Shown: positions 62,465 through 64,000 of the stretch, piece by piece
Numbering within the stretch: position 1 is the stretch's first letter
How the letters are laid out: each line of letters opens with the position of its first letter
Assembly (NCBI GenBank): GCA_030704615.1
Contig: CM060731.1
Span: 68,882,001 to 68,946,000 of the forward strand
Direction of reading: 5' to 3'
Source of the DNA: Takakia lepidozioides
Taxonomy: Eukaryota > Plantae > Bryophyta
Length of the DNA: 64,000 nt
Program-made: the position numbers and the translations under genes
The notes under the pieces: model-generated
What the model saw: the letters and a program-made list of their open reading frames with translations, nothing else
What the model was told of the DNA's origin: nothing
Databases searched by the model: none

Positions 62465-64000
62465 TTCATCATTCTTCTCACCTTTGCAGTATTATCCCAC
62501 CTACCAGCTGCAGCATAGATGTTTGATAGCAACACATAAGTCGTGGCATCCTAGTGTTCATCCCATTTGAGGATAGATGTTGCCGCACGTTCAGCCATCC
62601 ACATTGCCATGGATTCTGCAGGCACGAAGCAAGGCCTTCCACACCACAACGTCTGGATTGATTGGCATCTTATTAATCAGATCCACTACCTCATCCAGTT
62701 GTCCCGCACGTCCAAGAAGGTCCACCATACAGCCAAAGTGCTTTACTGTCGAAGTGACACCATGATCTTGATTTCCTTCATTCAGTAGGCCAGAGTGGCT
62801 GCATGCAGAGAGAACACATATAAAGGTGATTTGTCCGGCTTCAAGCCATTCTTTTACATTCCCTCAAATAGTTGCAGGACCTCCCTATGACACCATGCTG
62901 GGCATATCCTGCGAACATCGCGTTCCACGACACCACATTTCGTTCAGCCATATTGTCGAACACTCCCTTCGCATCCTCAATGCACCCACATTTGGCATAC
63001 ATGTCCACTAGGGCAGTGTACAATTCCAGCTTTGACGATGTCACCATGGACCTCTTTTCCCTTTTCCAGGGCTGCCAGGCTTGCACAGGCATTGCAAACG
63101 GAAACAAACGTGATGCGGTCGGGCTTCACCCCTTCCCCCATCATTTGCTCATAGGTCTCCAAAGCCTCCATCCCGCGCCCTTGCTGTGCATACCCTGCAA
63201 TCATCGCACTCCACGACACCAAATCTCGTTCAGCCATACTGTCAAACACTCCCTCCGCATCCTCGATGCACCCACATTTTGCATACGTGCCCACGAGGAT
63301 ATCGTTCAGAATCACATCTGGTACAATTCCAGCTTTTGCGATACAACCATGCACTCTTTGCCCTTTTCTAGGGCTGCCAGGCTTGCAAACGCACAGATGT
63401 GATGTGGTTGGGCTTCACCCCTTCCACCATCATCTGCTCACACGTCTCCAAAGCCTCCATCCCGCGCCCCTGCTGTGTATGCCCTGCAAGCATCGCGTTC
63501 CATGACACACCACATTTCATTCAGCCATATTGTTGAACACTGCCTTCGCATCCTCGATGCTCCCACATTTGGCATACATGTCCACGAGGGCATTGTTCAG
63601 AATGACATCGGGTACAATTCCAGCTCTGACGATGTCGCCGTGGGCCTCTTTGCCCTTTTCCAGAGCTCCAAGGCTTGCAAACGCACACAAACGTGATGTG
63701 GTTGGGCTTCACCCCTTCCCCCATCATTTGTTCATAGGTCTCCAAAGCCTGCACCCCACGTCCCTGCTGTGCATACCCTGCAAGCATTGCGCTCCACGAC
63801 ACCACATCTCGTTCAGCCTGCATATTGTTGAAAACTGCCTTTGCATCCTTAATGCACCCACATTTGGCATACATGTCCACCAGGGCAGTGTTCAGAATGA
63901 CATCCGGTACAATTCCAGTTTTGACGAGGTCATCATGGACCTCTTTCCCCTTTTCTAGGGCTCCCAGGCTTGCATACGCATTGCAAATGCAACCAAACGT
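62465..64000 (-). pseudogene. PLS-E PPR pseudogene running off the window end
   Basis: Several near-identical PLS triplets, then VLSACSHSGL..MVDLLGRAG..YVLLSNIYAAAGRWDNTAK. Confidence 0.9.

Overview
Eukaryotic, transposon-dense plant nuclear DNA, most likely from a bryophyte. That inference rests on an ORS-like type III PKS, a Tcn1-like chromovirus and many PLS/DYW PPR genes. No clearly intact host gene is present. Left half: a decayed Tcn1-like Ty3/Gypsy chromovirus (1691-26417, - strand) abuts a hAT relic. It hosts a younger Galadriel-like chromovirus (2660-9562, TSD GAGGG), a 246-bp MITE with a 4-bp TSD, and an 11.3-kb non-autonomous Pack-CACTA (12593-23890, TSD TTG). The Pack-CACTA is filled with PLS-PPR gene fragments and carries nested RLE-LINE, mini-CACTA and solo-LTR insertions. 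Middle: more PPR/DYW fragments and a complete piggyBac (39527-50524, 17-bp TIRs, TTAA). Its transposase is split by a 6.8-kb Mutator-like element (41351-48134, 9-bp TSD). That MULE carries a DDE+SWIM transposase and, divergently, an intron-containing gene for a prokaryote-type beta-class N4C/N6A DNA methyltransferase-like protein, with an array of 24-bp palindromes between the two genes. A second, inverted partial copy lies at 33707-37387. This MTase-carrying MULE is the most interesting system here. Right end: ORS-like PKS and GDSL lipase pseudogenes, a tRNA-derived SINE, and further PPR-DYW pseudogenes. All calls come from reading motifs by eye; no database search was run.
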